Positions 14,298 through 22,231 of a stretch of 24,000 nucleotides of DNA are shown here, in pieces (the stretch's first letter is position 1; every line of letters begins with the position of its first letter). The translations under genes and the position numbers were made by a program. Below the pieces are notes generated by a model. It was not told the origin of the DNA. It saw only the letters and a program-made list of their open reading frames with translations, and did no database searches. This DNA is from Agathobacter sp. GTDB taxonomy: Bacteria > Bacillota > Clostridia > Lachnospirales > Lachnospiraceae. Where the stretch lies: positions 1-24,000 of the forward strand of contig JAZPYQ010000001.1 in assembly GCA_045544235.1 (NCBI GenBank), written 5' to 3'.

Positions 14298-14403
14298 GGG
14301 CGGTCACGCCCAAAGCGAGAGCCGAGTCGCTTGTAAAGCGACGGAAAGTCACGAAGTGACGTGGGTCGAGCTGCTTGACTATATATAATGCGAGCCTACT
14401 CGG
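14298..14403. other. GC-rich cluster of short consecutive hairpins between convergent genes
   Basis: The hairpins are GGGCG-GTCA-CGCCC (14298..14311), GTCGCT-TGTAA-AGCGAC (14326..14342), GTCAC-GAA-GTGAC (14348..14360), GTCGAG-CTG-CTTGAC (14365..14379, one G.U) and CGAG-CCTA-CTCG (14391..14402). The composition contrasts with the AT-rich surroundings. Confidence 0.5.
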
Positions 14404-15732
14404 TTACCCACACTTCTTCTTCACCACCCACACCAATTCCGCCGTCACCACTATGGCAGCCACAATCATAGAGATGATATAAGCATACATTCCGTACACA
14501 GGCACTAAAAACCATATGGCGAGAATACGAACTGCACAGCCGGTTAGATTACATACCAAGGTTAAAGAAGCATGCCCTAATCCATTTACAATGCTGCTAA
14601 GTAAACCAGAAGTATACATAAAAGGACAAAGAATACTCAGGATACGGATATAGAATCCTGCTAATGTATTGTCAAAGATGTATGTACCAAACCAGTCTGC
14701 GGACAATAGGAATACAAATGTACATAGGGAGCCCAATGCTACACCACAGCAAATGGCTCCTTTTATTGTGTCCAAAACCAGGCACATATCCCCTTTTGCC
14801 TTGGTCTCTGAGATGCGAGGTAAAAGCAAAACGGAGAGGGAATTGGTAATAGCCGATGGAAAAAATATGACAGATAATGCCATACCAGTCAAAATCCCAA
14901 AATGGCCAAGAGCTTCATCTGAGCTATATCCAAAAGAAACCAGTTGTTGTGGTAGTAAAAGGTTTTCCAAGCTGTGACTTAAGGTCATGAGCACATGATT
15001 TAAGGTCAATGGTATTGCCATAAAAGTCAAGGGTGGAAGCGTGTCTTGAAAGAGCTCTTTAGGTGAGAAAATACGTGGTTTGCTAACTGTTTCCGAAGTA
15101 GATGGATTCTCAAAACCTAAATATGCAGTAACATTAAATAGAAAACCTACAAGTTCGCTAATAACAAGACCCCACACAGCATGAATTGGCTCAAGAGGTA
15201 GTCCTTGTTCCGTCAATACTTTATAGATAAGCAGGGTTCCAAAAACTCTTGCTAATTGTTCTATAATCTGACAAGAAGAAGGGATTACAGAATTCTTTTT
15301 CCCATAATAGTACCCGTTAAAACAGGAATGAATACATGCTGGAGGAATTGCGTATACCAAAATTTGGAGCAGATCGGATGTTCGAGGCTCTTTTAATATT
15401 GTCGTAGCAATCCAAGGTGCAAGAAAATAAATTCCTAGTGAAATCAAACCGGATAAAAGACAAGAAAGGAACAATCCTACATATAGATATCGTTTTCCAG
15501 CTTTTTCAGAGGCTACAAAACGGGAAATGGATGTCTGAATTCCACTGGCAGCAATTGCCAAACACAGTGAAAATACAGGAAAAATCAGTTGATAAAGACC
15601 TAGTCCACTAGCACCAATAGTTCGAGATAAGAATATTCTATAAAAGAAGCCCAGTATTCTACTAAAGAAACCAGCACCAGTTAAAAGAAGGGTGCCCAGG
15701 ATTAAGGGGTGTTTTTTTATTTTCGATAAGAT
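14404..15732 (-). CDS. SpoVB/MurJ-like MOP-superfamily flippase (polysaccharide/peptidoglycan precursor export)
   Basis: The track ORF 14404..15561 starts at a TTG, but the frame stays open upstream to a stop at 15784..15786. That upstream stretch encodes the conserved family N-terminus KKHPLILGTLLLTGAGFFSRILGFFYRIFLSRTIGASGLGLYQLIFPVFSLC. It contains no ATG, GTG or TTG. An ATC at 15732..15730 lies 7 nt after a GGAGG, so the 5' end is uncertain. Confidence 0.7.
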   Translation of the reverse strand: MLSKIKKHPLILGTLLLTGAGFFSRILGFFYRIFLSRTIGASGLGLYQLIFPVFSLCLAIAASGIQTSISRFVASEKAGKRYLYVGLFLSCLLSGLISLGIYFLAPWIATTILKEPRTSDLLQILVYAIPPACIHSCFNGYYYGKKNSVIPSSCQIIEQLARVFGTLLIYKVLTEQGLPLEPIHAVWGLVISELVGFLFNVTAYLGFENPSTSETVSKPRIFSPKELFQDTLPPLTFMAIPLTLNHVLMTLSHSLENLLLPQQLVSFGYSSDEALGHFGILTGMALSVIFFPSAITNSLSVLLLPRISETKAKGDMCLVLDTIKGAICCGVALGSLCTFVFLLSADWFGTYIFDNTLAGFYIRILSILCPFMYTSGLLSSIVNGLGHASLTLVCNLTGCAVRILAIWFLVPVYGMYAYIISMIVAAIVVTAELVWVVKKKCG

Positions 15733-15787
15733 AGGAATACCTCCAAGAAGGGGCTTTATTATTAGTATATGTGGAGGGGTTAATTAT

Positions 15788-16963
15788 ATGAACAACAGAA
15801 TTTATCTGGATCATGCGGCAACCACAGATATGCTGCCAGAGGTTACTTATGCAATGGAGCCCTATTATGTGAAAAAGTATGGGAATGCATCAGCCACATA
15901 TGAGCTGGGGGTTGAGGCAAGAAAAGCAATAGAGAAGGCAAGAGAGCAGATAGCAGCAAGTATCAATGCAAAGCCTCATGAGATATTTTTTACCTCAGGG
16001 GGAAGTGAGTCAGATAACTGGGCGGTAAAAGTGATGGCAGGAGAACGGAAAAAGGAATGTAAACATATTATCACTTCTCAAATTGAGCATCATGCTATTT
16101 TGCATTCCTGCGAACATCTGGAACGATTGGGATATCCAGTGACTTATTTGGATGTAGATAAAGAGGGTGTCGTGGATATGGTGCAACTAGAGAAAGCGAT
16201 AAAGCAAAGTAGTTATACGACTAATCCAGAAGAAAAAATAGCCCTCATATCTATTATGTATGCCAACAATGAGATTGGAACGATAGAACCAATTGAAGAA
16301 ATAGGAAAGTTGGCAAGAAGAAATAAAATCGTTTTTCATACTGATGCAGTCCAGGCAGTAGGACAATTGCCTATATCGGTACGAAAACTACCTATTGATA
16401 TGCTTAGTGCCAGTGCACATAAGTTTCATGGACCGAAAGGAGTAGGATTTTTGTATGTAAGAGATGGAGTACAGTTACCATCCTTTATACATGGTGGAGG
16501 ACAGGAAAGAGGTAAAAGAGCTGGGACTGAAAACGTAGCAGGAATTGTTGGTATGGCAAAGGCGCTTACGATTGCACAAACGGAAATCACGCGAAAAGGA
16601 AAAGAACTGGTTAGTTTACGAAACTACTTTATGAAACGAATAATGAATGAAATTCCAGATACAAGAATTAATGGGCATAAAGAAAAGAGGTTACCAGGAA
16701 ATGTGAATGTATCTTTTAAAAAAATACCTGGGGTAGCGCTTTTAGTGTTATTAGAGGAAGAAGGAATATATGCCTCTGCTGGATCTGCTTGCAGTGCAGG
16801 GACAACAAATCTTTCCCATGTGATAAGAGCAATTGAGGTTCCAAAAGAATACGCCTATGGAACAGTGCGTTTTTCTCTTGGTAAGGAAAATACCAAGAAA
16901 GAAATTGACAGAACCATAAGCGTACTAAAAAAATCTGTAAAAATTCTTCGTCAAGAAGATTAA
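15788..16963 (+). CDS. cysteine desulfurase (NifS/IscS family, class V aminotransferase)
   Basis: MNNRIYLDHAATT...SGGSESDN...SAHKFHGPKGVGFLYVR contains the PLP lysine. The active-site loop is SAGSACS. I chose the ATG at 15788 (GGAGGGG ribosome-binding site) because the track start at 15692 would overlap the flippase N-terminus. Confidence 0.9.
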   Translation: MNNRIYLDHAATTDMLPEVTYAMEPYYVKKYGNASATYELGVEARKAIEKAREQIAASINAKPHEIFFTSGGSESDNWAVKVMAGERKKECKHIITSQIEHHAILHSCEHLERLGYPVTYLDVDKEGVVDMVQLEKAIKQSSYTTNPEEKIALISIMYANNEIGTIEPIEEIGKLARRNKIVFHTDAVQAVGQLPISVRKLPIDMLSASAHKFHGPKGVGFLYVRDGVQLPSFIHGGGQERGKRAGTENVAGIVGMAKALTIAQTEITRKGKELVSLRNYFMKRIMNEIPDTRINGHKEKRLPGNVNVSFKKIPGVALLVLLEEEGIYASAGSACSAGTTNLSHVIRAIEVPKEYAYGTVRFSLGKENTKKEIDRTISVLKKSVKILRQED

Positions 16964-16977
16964 AAATGCATATTCTA

Positions 16978-17817
16978 TTATGGGATGAATTTTTTGATGG
17001 CTTCACCTACACCATCTTCTTCATTAGAAGTAGTAATGTAATCTGCGATTGCTTTGATGTCATCAGATGCATTTCCCATAGCAACCCCAAGGCCTGCGGC
17101 GTTAATCATAGAGTAATCATTTTCGGAATCGCCCACTGCCATGGTCTCCTCCATGGTGACGCCAAGTAGAGCGGTCAGTGCTTTTAAGCCAGTGCTTTTG
17201 GTTACACCAGCTTTACTAATTTCAAAGTTGTCAAAACCGCCGCAAACAACTTCAATCGCAGATTGGGACTTAAGAAACTTTATGGTTTCATCACGGTAAA
17301 GGCGAGTTCCATCTGGCTGTGGATAGAAATTCAGGTTGATTTTTTGAATTTTTTTGCCACAGTCGTCTACATAGGCACGTAAATCCTCCACTGGAGTTCT
17401 GGTTGCAATCATATATTTTCTTAAAGATTCTGGTACATCAAGTTTTCCGATATTTTCTCTGCAACGAACAGGTGTAAATCCTTCGCCATCAATATACAGA
17501 TCAATATGAATATTCCTGCTTAAAATATAATCTAAAATAGGTTGTAACATCTCTAAATCCATGGTGTTGTCATAGAGACATTCTTTGTTTTTTATGCGAT
17601 AAATAGCAGCTCCGTTTGTAGTTAAAGCGTATTCAATAGCAGTGTCTTTAATCTGCTCAAATGGAAGTCCGTTAAAAGGACGTCCAGTAGAAATAACTGT
17701 GTGTACGCCTTTGGCAGCAGCTCTATTTAGTTCTGCAATAGTCATTGGTGTGATTTTGCCGTTGTGATTGAACAGCGTGCCGTCCAGGTCAAGGGCGATT
17801 AGTTTGATATCCTGCAT
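16978..17817 (-). CDS. Cof-type HAD-IIB phosphatase
   Basis: MQDIKLIALDLDGTLFN carries the DxD motif, followed by ISTGRP and MAVGDSENDYSMI. I prefer the internal ATG at 17817 (GAGGAG ribosome-binding site) over the track start at 17883. Confidence 0.85.
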   Translation of the reverse strand: MQDIKLIALDLDGTLFNHNGKITPMTIAELNRAAAKGVHTVISTGRPFNGLPFEQIKDTAIEYALTTNGAAIYRIKNKECLYDNTMDLEMLQPILDYILSRNIHIDLYIDGEGFTPVRCRENIGKLDVPESLRKYMIATRTPVEDLRAYVDDCGKKIQKINLNFYPQPDGTRLYRDETIKFLKSQSAIEVVCGGFDNFEISKAGVTKSTGLKALTALLGVTMEETMAVGDSENDYSMINAAGLGVAMGNASDDIKAIADYITTSNEEDGVGEAIKKFIP

Positions 17818-17927
17818 ATTTTTGTATGCTCCTCTCAATTTGCATATATATTCTAGAAAAATGTTTCCAAATTCATTTAACATAGGTTATTATATAGGAA
17901 AGTGTTTTTTAAGAAAAGAGAAAAATT

Positions 17928-20306
17928 ATGACAAAACAGGAATTTAAAAGATTAATTGAAAATGGACCAATTATATTGGATGGAGCTATGGGTACAGGTC
18001 TTATGAAGGCAGGCATGTCAGTAGACGAGTGTACAGAAAAATGGGCCGTAGAGCATCCTGACGTGGTGATGAATATTCAGAAAGCCTATATCGAGGCCGG
18101 TGCACAGATCATTTATGCGCCTACTTTTGGTGCAAATCGTATCAAATTAAAAGAATATGGATTGGAAAACGAAATTGAATTTTTAAATAAAGAATTGGTT
18201 GCCTTATCTAAAAAGGCTGCAGATGAAAAAGCCCTTGTAGCAGGTGACTTAACCATGACCGGACAGATTCCATATCCTGTAGGAGATGTGCCATTTGAAG
18301 TATTTGTGGATACTTATAAGGAACAGGCACGTCTTTTGGTGGATGCAGGTGTAGACCTGATGGTAATAGAAACTATGATGAGTTTACAGGAATGTCGTGC
18401 AGCAGTGCTTGCTATTCGTGAAGTGTGTGATTTGCCAATTATGGCAACACTTACCTATAACGAAGATGGCAGAACTCTTTATGGTACGCCACCAGAAGTA
18501 GCTATCAATGTATTGCAGTCTCTCGGAGTAGATGCAGTGGGTGTAAATTGTTCCACAGGTCCAGAAGGGATGGTTCCTATTGTGGAAAAAATGGCTGAGT
18601 ATGCCACAGTTCCACTTATTGCAAAACCAAATGCAGGACTTCCAGAACTAGATGGTATGGAAACGGTTTATCGTATGTCTCCAGAAGAATTTGCCCGTAC
18701 TGGTAAAAAACTTATCGAAGCTGGTGCAAGTATGGTGGGCGGCTGTTGCGGTACCACACCAGAACATGTAAAAGCCCTTGCAGAAGCGGTAAAGGGTATG
18801 GAGATTCGTAAACCACTAGAACAGCACAGACGAATTCTTACATCAGAACGTGCCATGGTAGAAGTAAAATTAGATGGCAATTTCCTCGTGGTCGGGGAAC
18901 GTATCAATCCTACAGGCAAGAAAGCACTTCAGGCAGAACTTCGCGAAGGAAAACTGGACATGGTTCGCAAATTTGCTATGGAACAAGAAGCGGCAGGTGC
19001 AGCACTTTTAGATATCAATACAGGCATGAATGGTATTGATGAAATGGCTATGACCAAAGAGGTGATTTATGAAGTATCCTCAACAGTAGACTGTCCACTA
19101 GTATTGGATACCAGTCACATTGATGTTATGGAAGAAGCACTTCGCATTTATCCTGGACGAGCATTGATTAACTCTATTTCCTATGAGTCGGCGAAATGTG
19201 ATGCCATGCTTTCTCTTGCAAAAAAATATGGTGCTATGTTTATTTTGTTACCATTATCAGATGCAGGACTTCCAAAAGACAACGAAGAAAAGACAGAAGT
19301 TTTAGAAAAAATTTATCATAAAGCCATGGAAATGGGGATTGCCCATGAAGATATTATTGTAGATGGTTTGGTAACCACCGTTGGTGCAAATGCAGCAGCA
19401 GGCGTGGAATGTTTTGATACCATCGCATACTGTAAGGAAGTGAAAAAACTTCCTACCATCTGCGGGCTTTCCAATATCTCCTTTGGCTTACCAGAAAGAG
19501 GAACTGTAAACGCAACATTCCTTACCATGGCTATGGCAAAAGGTATGACCATGGCTATTGCAAATCCTTGTCAGGAACAGCTTATGCATGCTATGTTTGC
19601 TGCAGATATGCTTCTGCATCATCCAAATGCAGACGTTAATTTTGTAGACAAAATGAATGCGGCAAATGCCACTGAAGATGAGACGCATCATCCAATTCAT
19701 CGTCATGTAGTAAAAGGAAATGGCATTGCGATTTTAGATGCCGTAAAAGAGGAATTAGCTCTAGGTACAAAGGCAGAATTAATCATCAATGAATACCTGA
19801 TTCCTGCGATTAACGAAGTGGGACAGTATTTTAATGATGGAAAATACTTCCTTCCTCAATTAATCCGTAGTGCAAACACTATGAAAATGGCTATTGATCA
19901 TGTGGAACCATTGTTAGAGAAAAAGGAAACCGGAGAAGCACTTCCTGCTATCGTAATTGCAACTGTAAAAGGTGATATCCACGATATCGGCAAAAATTTA
20001 GTTGTTCTTATGTTAAAGAACTATGGCTACCCAGTTATTGACCTTGGAAAAGACGTGCCAGCAGAAGAAATTGTACGTGTTGCTATGGAAGAAAATGCAG
20101 CAGTCATCGGTTTATCAGCCCTTATGACAACTACCATGATGCGTATGCAGGATGTAGTAGACGAATGTCGAGCAAAAGGCTGTAAGGCGAAGGTTGTAAT
20201 CGGAGGCGCATGCATTACAGAAGATTTTGCAACAGAAATCGGTGCAGATGCGTATGCAAAGGATGCAGCAGACACTGTTAGAGTGGTGCAGAGATTGCTT
20301 ATCTAA
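17928..20306 (+). CDS. metH: cobalamin-dependent methionine synthase, short form lacking the AdoMet reactivation domain
   Basis: The Hcy-binding domain is ILDGAMGT...GGCCGTTPEH, and the pterin-binding domain contains VGERINPTG. The B12-binding motifs are DIHDIGKN (DxHxxG) and GLSALMTTT. At 792 aa it is shorter than the ~1200-aa E. coli-type enzyme. Confidence 0.93.
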   Translation: MTKQEFKRLIENGPIILDGAMGTGLMKAGMSVDECTEKWAVEHPDVVMNIQKAYIEAGAQIIYAPTFGANRIKLKEYGLENEIEFLNKELVALSKKAADEKALVAGDLTMTGQIPYPVGDVPFEVFVDTYKEQARLLVDAGVDLMVIETMMSLQECRAAVLAIREVCDLPIMATLTYNEDGRTLYGTPPEVAINVLQSLGVDAVGVNCSTGPEGMVPIVEKMAEYATVPLIAKPNAGLPELDGMETVYRMSPEEFARTGKKLIEAGASMVGGCCGTTPEHVKALAEAVKGMEIRKPLEQHRRILTSERAMVEVKLDGNFLVVGERINPTGKKALQAELREGKLDMVRKFAMEQEAAGAALLDINTGMNGIDEMAMTKEVIYEVSSTVDCPLVLDTSHIDVMEEALRIYPGRALINSISYESAKCDAMLSLAKKYGAMFILLPLSDAGLPKDNEEKTEVLEKIYHKAMEMGIAHEDIIVDGLVTTVGANAAAGVECFDTIAYCKEVKKLPTICGLSNISFGLPERGTVNATFLTMAMAKGMTMAIANPCQEQLMHAMFAADMLLHHPNADVNFVDKMNAANATEDETHHPIHRHVVKGNGIAILDAVKEELALGTKAELIINEYLIPAINEVGQYFNDGKYFLPQLIRSANTMKMAIDHVEPLLEKKETGEALPAIVIATVKGDIHDIGKNLVVLMLKNYGYPVIDLGKDVPAEEIVRVAMEENAAVIGLSALMTTTMMRMQDVVDECRAKGCKAKVVIGGACITEDFATEIGADAYAKDAADTVRVVQRLLI

Positions 20307-20337
20307 AAATTGAAATTTAAGAAGATGAGTTCATATG

Positions 20338-20371
20338 AAAAAAGACTCTTGATTTCTCAAGAGTCTTTTTT
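20338..20371. terminator. bidirectional intrinsic terminator (metH on +, tRNA operon on -)
   Basis: AGACTCTTGA (20343..20352) pairs with TCAAGAGTCT (20357..20366) around a TTTC loop. An A-run precedes the stem and a T-run follows it. Confidence 0.85.
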
Positions 20372-20373
20372 AG

Positions 20374-20447
20374 TAGCGAGAGGGGGATTCGAACCCTCGA
20401 CACTACGGGTATGAACCGTATGCTCTAGCCAACTGAGCTATCTCGCC
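20374..20447 (-). tRNA. tRNA-Met (anticodon CAT), elongator-like; tRNA-Ile2 (lysidine) cannot be excluded by eye
   Basis: The reverse complement is GGCGAGATAGCTCAGTTGGCTAGAGCATACGGTTCATACCCGTAGTGTCGAGGGTTCGAATCCCCCTCTCGCTA. It folds as a cloverleaf with anticodon loop TTCATAC and T-loop TTCGAAT. CCA is not encoded. The T-stem has one A-C mismatch. Confidence 0.85.
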
Positions 20448-20478
20448 ATATTTAATTTATTACGATTATCTCGTAAAG

Positions 20479-20551
20479 TGGGACCAACAGGGCTCGAACC
20501 TGTGACCCCCTGCTTGTAAGGCAGGTGCTCTCCCAGCTGAGCTATGATCCC
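20479..20551 (-). tRNA. tRNA-Val (anticodon TAC)
   Basis: The reverse complement is GGGATCATAGCTCAGCTGGGAGAGCACCTGCCTTACAAGCAGGGGGTCACAGGTTCGAGCCCTGTTGGTCCCA. The anticodon loop is CTTACAA. CCA is not encoded. Confidence 0.92.
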
Positions 20552-20582
20552 ATGTTCGTCGCTGTTTTCCAGCGACTTGATT

Positions 20583-20611
20583 AGTATAACTTGTACTAGA
20601 AGAAATGTCAA
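20583..20611 (-). promoter_or_regulatory. strong sigma-A promoter of the tRNA-Val/tRNA-Met operon
   Basis: On the minus strand: TTGACA (20611..20606), a 17-nt spacer, then TATACT (20588..20583). A leader hairpin GTCGCTG/CAGCGAC lies at 20557..20575. Confidence 0.75.
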
Positions 20612-20687
20612 CAACTTTTTTTAAAAAATTTAATTTGATTGACAAACACGATATATTCTTATTTCTATTCTAAAAACATTATTTCTA

Positions 20688-20696
20688 TGCTATAAT
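20688..20696 (+). promoter_or_regulatory. extended -10 promoter element upstream of the sugar transporter
   Basis: TGCTATAAT (TGnTATAAT) lies 44 nt upstream of the transporter ATG. There is no good -35 at 17 bp. Confidence 0.45.
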
Positions 20697-20739
20697 TTAA
20701 AATAAGTTTTAAATATAAAGGATAAAGGAGTTTTTTACT

Positions 20740-22209
20740 ATGGATGAACAAAAGACACTAAAGAAGAATCTATGGTTTTTCCCACTGGGAACCGTAGGAC
20801 GAGATATGATGTACAGCTTGGTTACAAACTTCCTGCTGACATACATTCTTTTTACAAAAGGACTTAACGCTGCACAGCTTGCAGCAATTACAGCTATTAT
20901 GGTAGCGGCTCGTGTGTTCGATGCATTAAATGATCCTATCATGGGCAATATCATCGAAAACACACATACAAAATGGGGTAAATTTAAACCTTGGATGGTG
21001 ATCGGTACAGTACTTTCTTGTATCGTAGTATTTATGGTATTCTCAACCAATTTAAAAGGATGGGCATTTGTAGGATTATTTGGAGTGTTTTATTTCTGCT
21101 ATAGTATTGCATACACCATGCATGATATTTCGTACTGGGGTATTGTACCTGCCCTTAGCTCTGATGCTGGAGCGAGAGATGCATTTACTTCACGTGCAAC
21201 ACTTTTCGCAGGCGTAGGTGGAACATTGGCATCTATCGTTATTCCTATGTTTACTACAGGTGCTACAGCTATCGGTGGTAACGCAAGTACAGCATACGCA
21301 GTAGTTTCGTTAGGTATTTGTATTGTAATGCCAGCATTTTTCCTTTTTACTATTTTAGGAGTAAAAGAACACAGAGAAACGGAAAAGCCACAAAAGGCAG
21401 AAGGTGGAGTGTTCAAGAAGATGATTAGCGCTGTAAAACACAATGATCAGCTTCGCTGGATTGCAGTGATTTTCTTGATTCAACAAATCGGAAATAACTT
21501 CGTATTAGGTGGAATCGGTTCTACATACATTTACTTACAGTACGGATACGAAGGTGGATTATATTCTCTCTTCTCTACGGTAGGGGTGGCTGCCACAGCG
21601 TTCCTTATGATTTTCTATCCAGCGATTTCGAAGAGAATCAATCGTAAACCACTTATGAATATTATGGTAGTGATTTCTACTGTAGGTTTTGTATTTATGA
21701 TTTTATCTAGAATCATTCCAAGTATCGGTTTTGTATTATTGACCATTGGTTATATGGTTTCCAACTTTGGTTTGTATTCTTATTATCTTATTATGATGAT
21801 TTCTATTATCAATACGGTAGAATACAATGAATATAAAACTGGTGATCGTAACGAAGCGATTGTAGCTTCTGTTCGTCCACTTATTACAAAGATGAGTTCT
21901 GCGCTTGTAGTAATGATGACAACCGCAACTTATATGATTTTTGGTGTAACCAATTATACAAATCAGATTTCTGATTTGGAAAGTGCAGCTGCAGCTGGAA
22001 CAATTACTGATGTGGAAAAATTAGATGCTATTAGCAAAGTGATTCAGGGGGTTGACCAGGGACAAACCTTAGGACTTCTTGTTCTTATGGTTGTAGTTCC
22101 ATATGCAATGATGCTTCTTTCAAACTTCTTATACCAGAAGAAGTATAAATTAGATGAAGCCGAATATGACCGCATTTGTAAAGAATTAGAGGAAAGAAGA
22201 CAGGCATAA
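20740..22209 (+). CDS. glycoside-pentoside-hexuronide (GPH):cation symporter (MelB/LacS-like sugar transporter)
   Basis: 489 aa and polytopic. The GPH signature is RVFDALNDPIMGNIIENTHTKWGKFKPWM. There is an AAAGGAG ribosome-binding site. Confidence 0.88.
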   Translation: MDEQKTLKKNLWFFPLGTVGRDMMYSLVTNFLLTYILFTKGLNAAQLAAITAIMVAARVFDALNDPIMGNIIENTHTKWGKFKPWMVIGTVLSCIVVFMVFSTNLKGWAFVGLFGVFYFCYSIAYTMHDISYWGIVPALSSDAGARDAFTSRATLFAGVGGTLASIVIPMFTTGATAIGGNASTAYAVVSLGICIVMPAFFLFTILGVKEHRETEKPQKAEGGVFKKMISAVKHNDQLRWIAVIFLIQQIGNNFVLGGIGSTYIYLQYGYEGGLYSLFSTVGVAATAFLMIFYPAISKRINRKPLMNIMVVISTVGFVFMILSRIIPSIGFVLLTIGYMVSNFGLYSYYLIMMISIINTVEYNEYKTGDRNEAIVASVRPLITKMSSALVVMMTTATYMIFGVTNYTNQISDLESAAAAGTITDVEKLDAISKVIQGVDQGQTLGLLVLMVVVPYAMMLLSNFLYQKKYKLDEAEYDRICKELEERRQA

Positions 22210-22231
22210 GTTTTCATTTTTGGAGGGGAAA

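Noticed and set aside
15692-15787. N-terminal extension of the cysteine desulfurase ORF (MPRIKGCFF...)
   Set aside because: The family starts at MNNRIYLDHAATT. The ATG at 15788 has a GGAGGGG ribosome-binding site, and the extension overlaps the conserved N-terminus of the opposite-strand flippase.
17818-17927. Riboswitch (SAM or B12) upstream of metH
   Set aside because: Only ~110 nt of AT-rich divergent promoter region is available, with no conserved riboswitch core or terminator/antiterminator structure.
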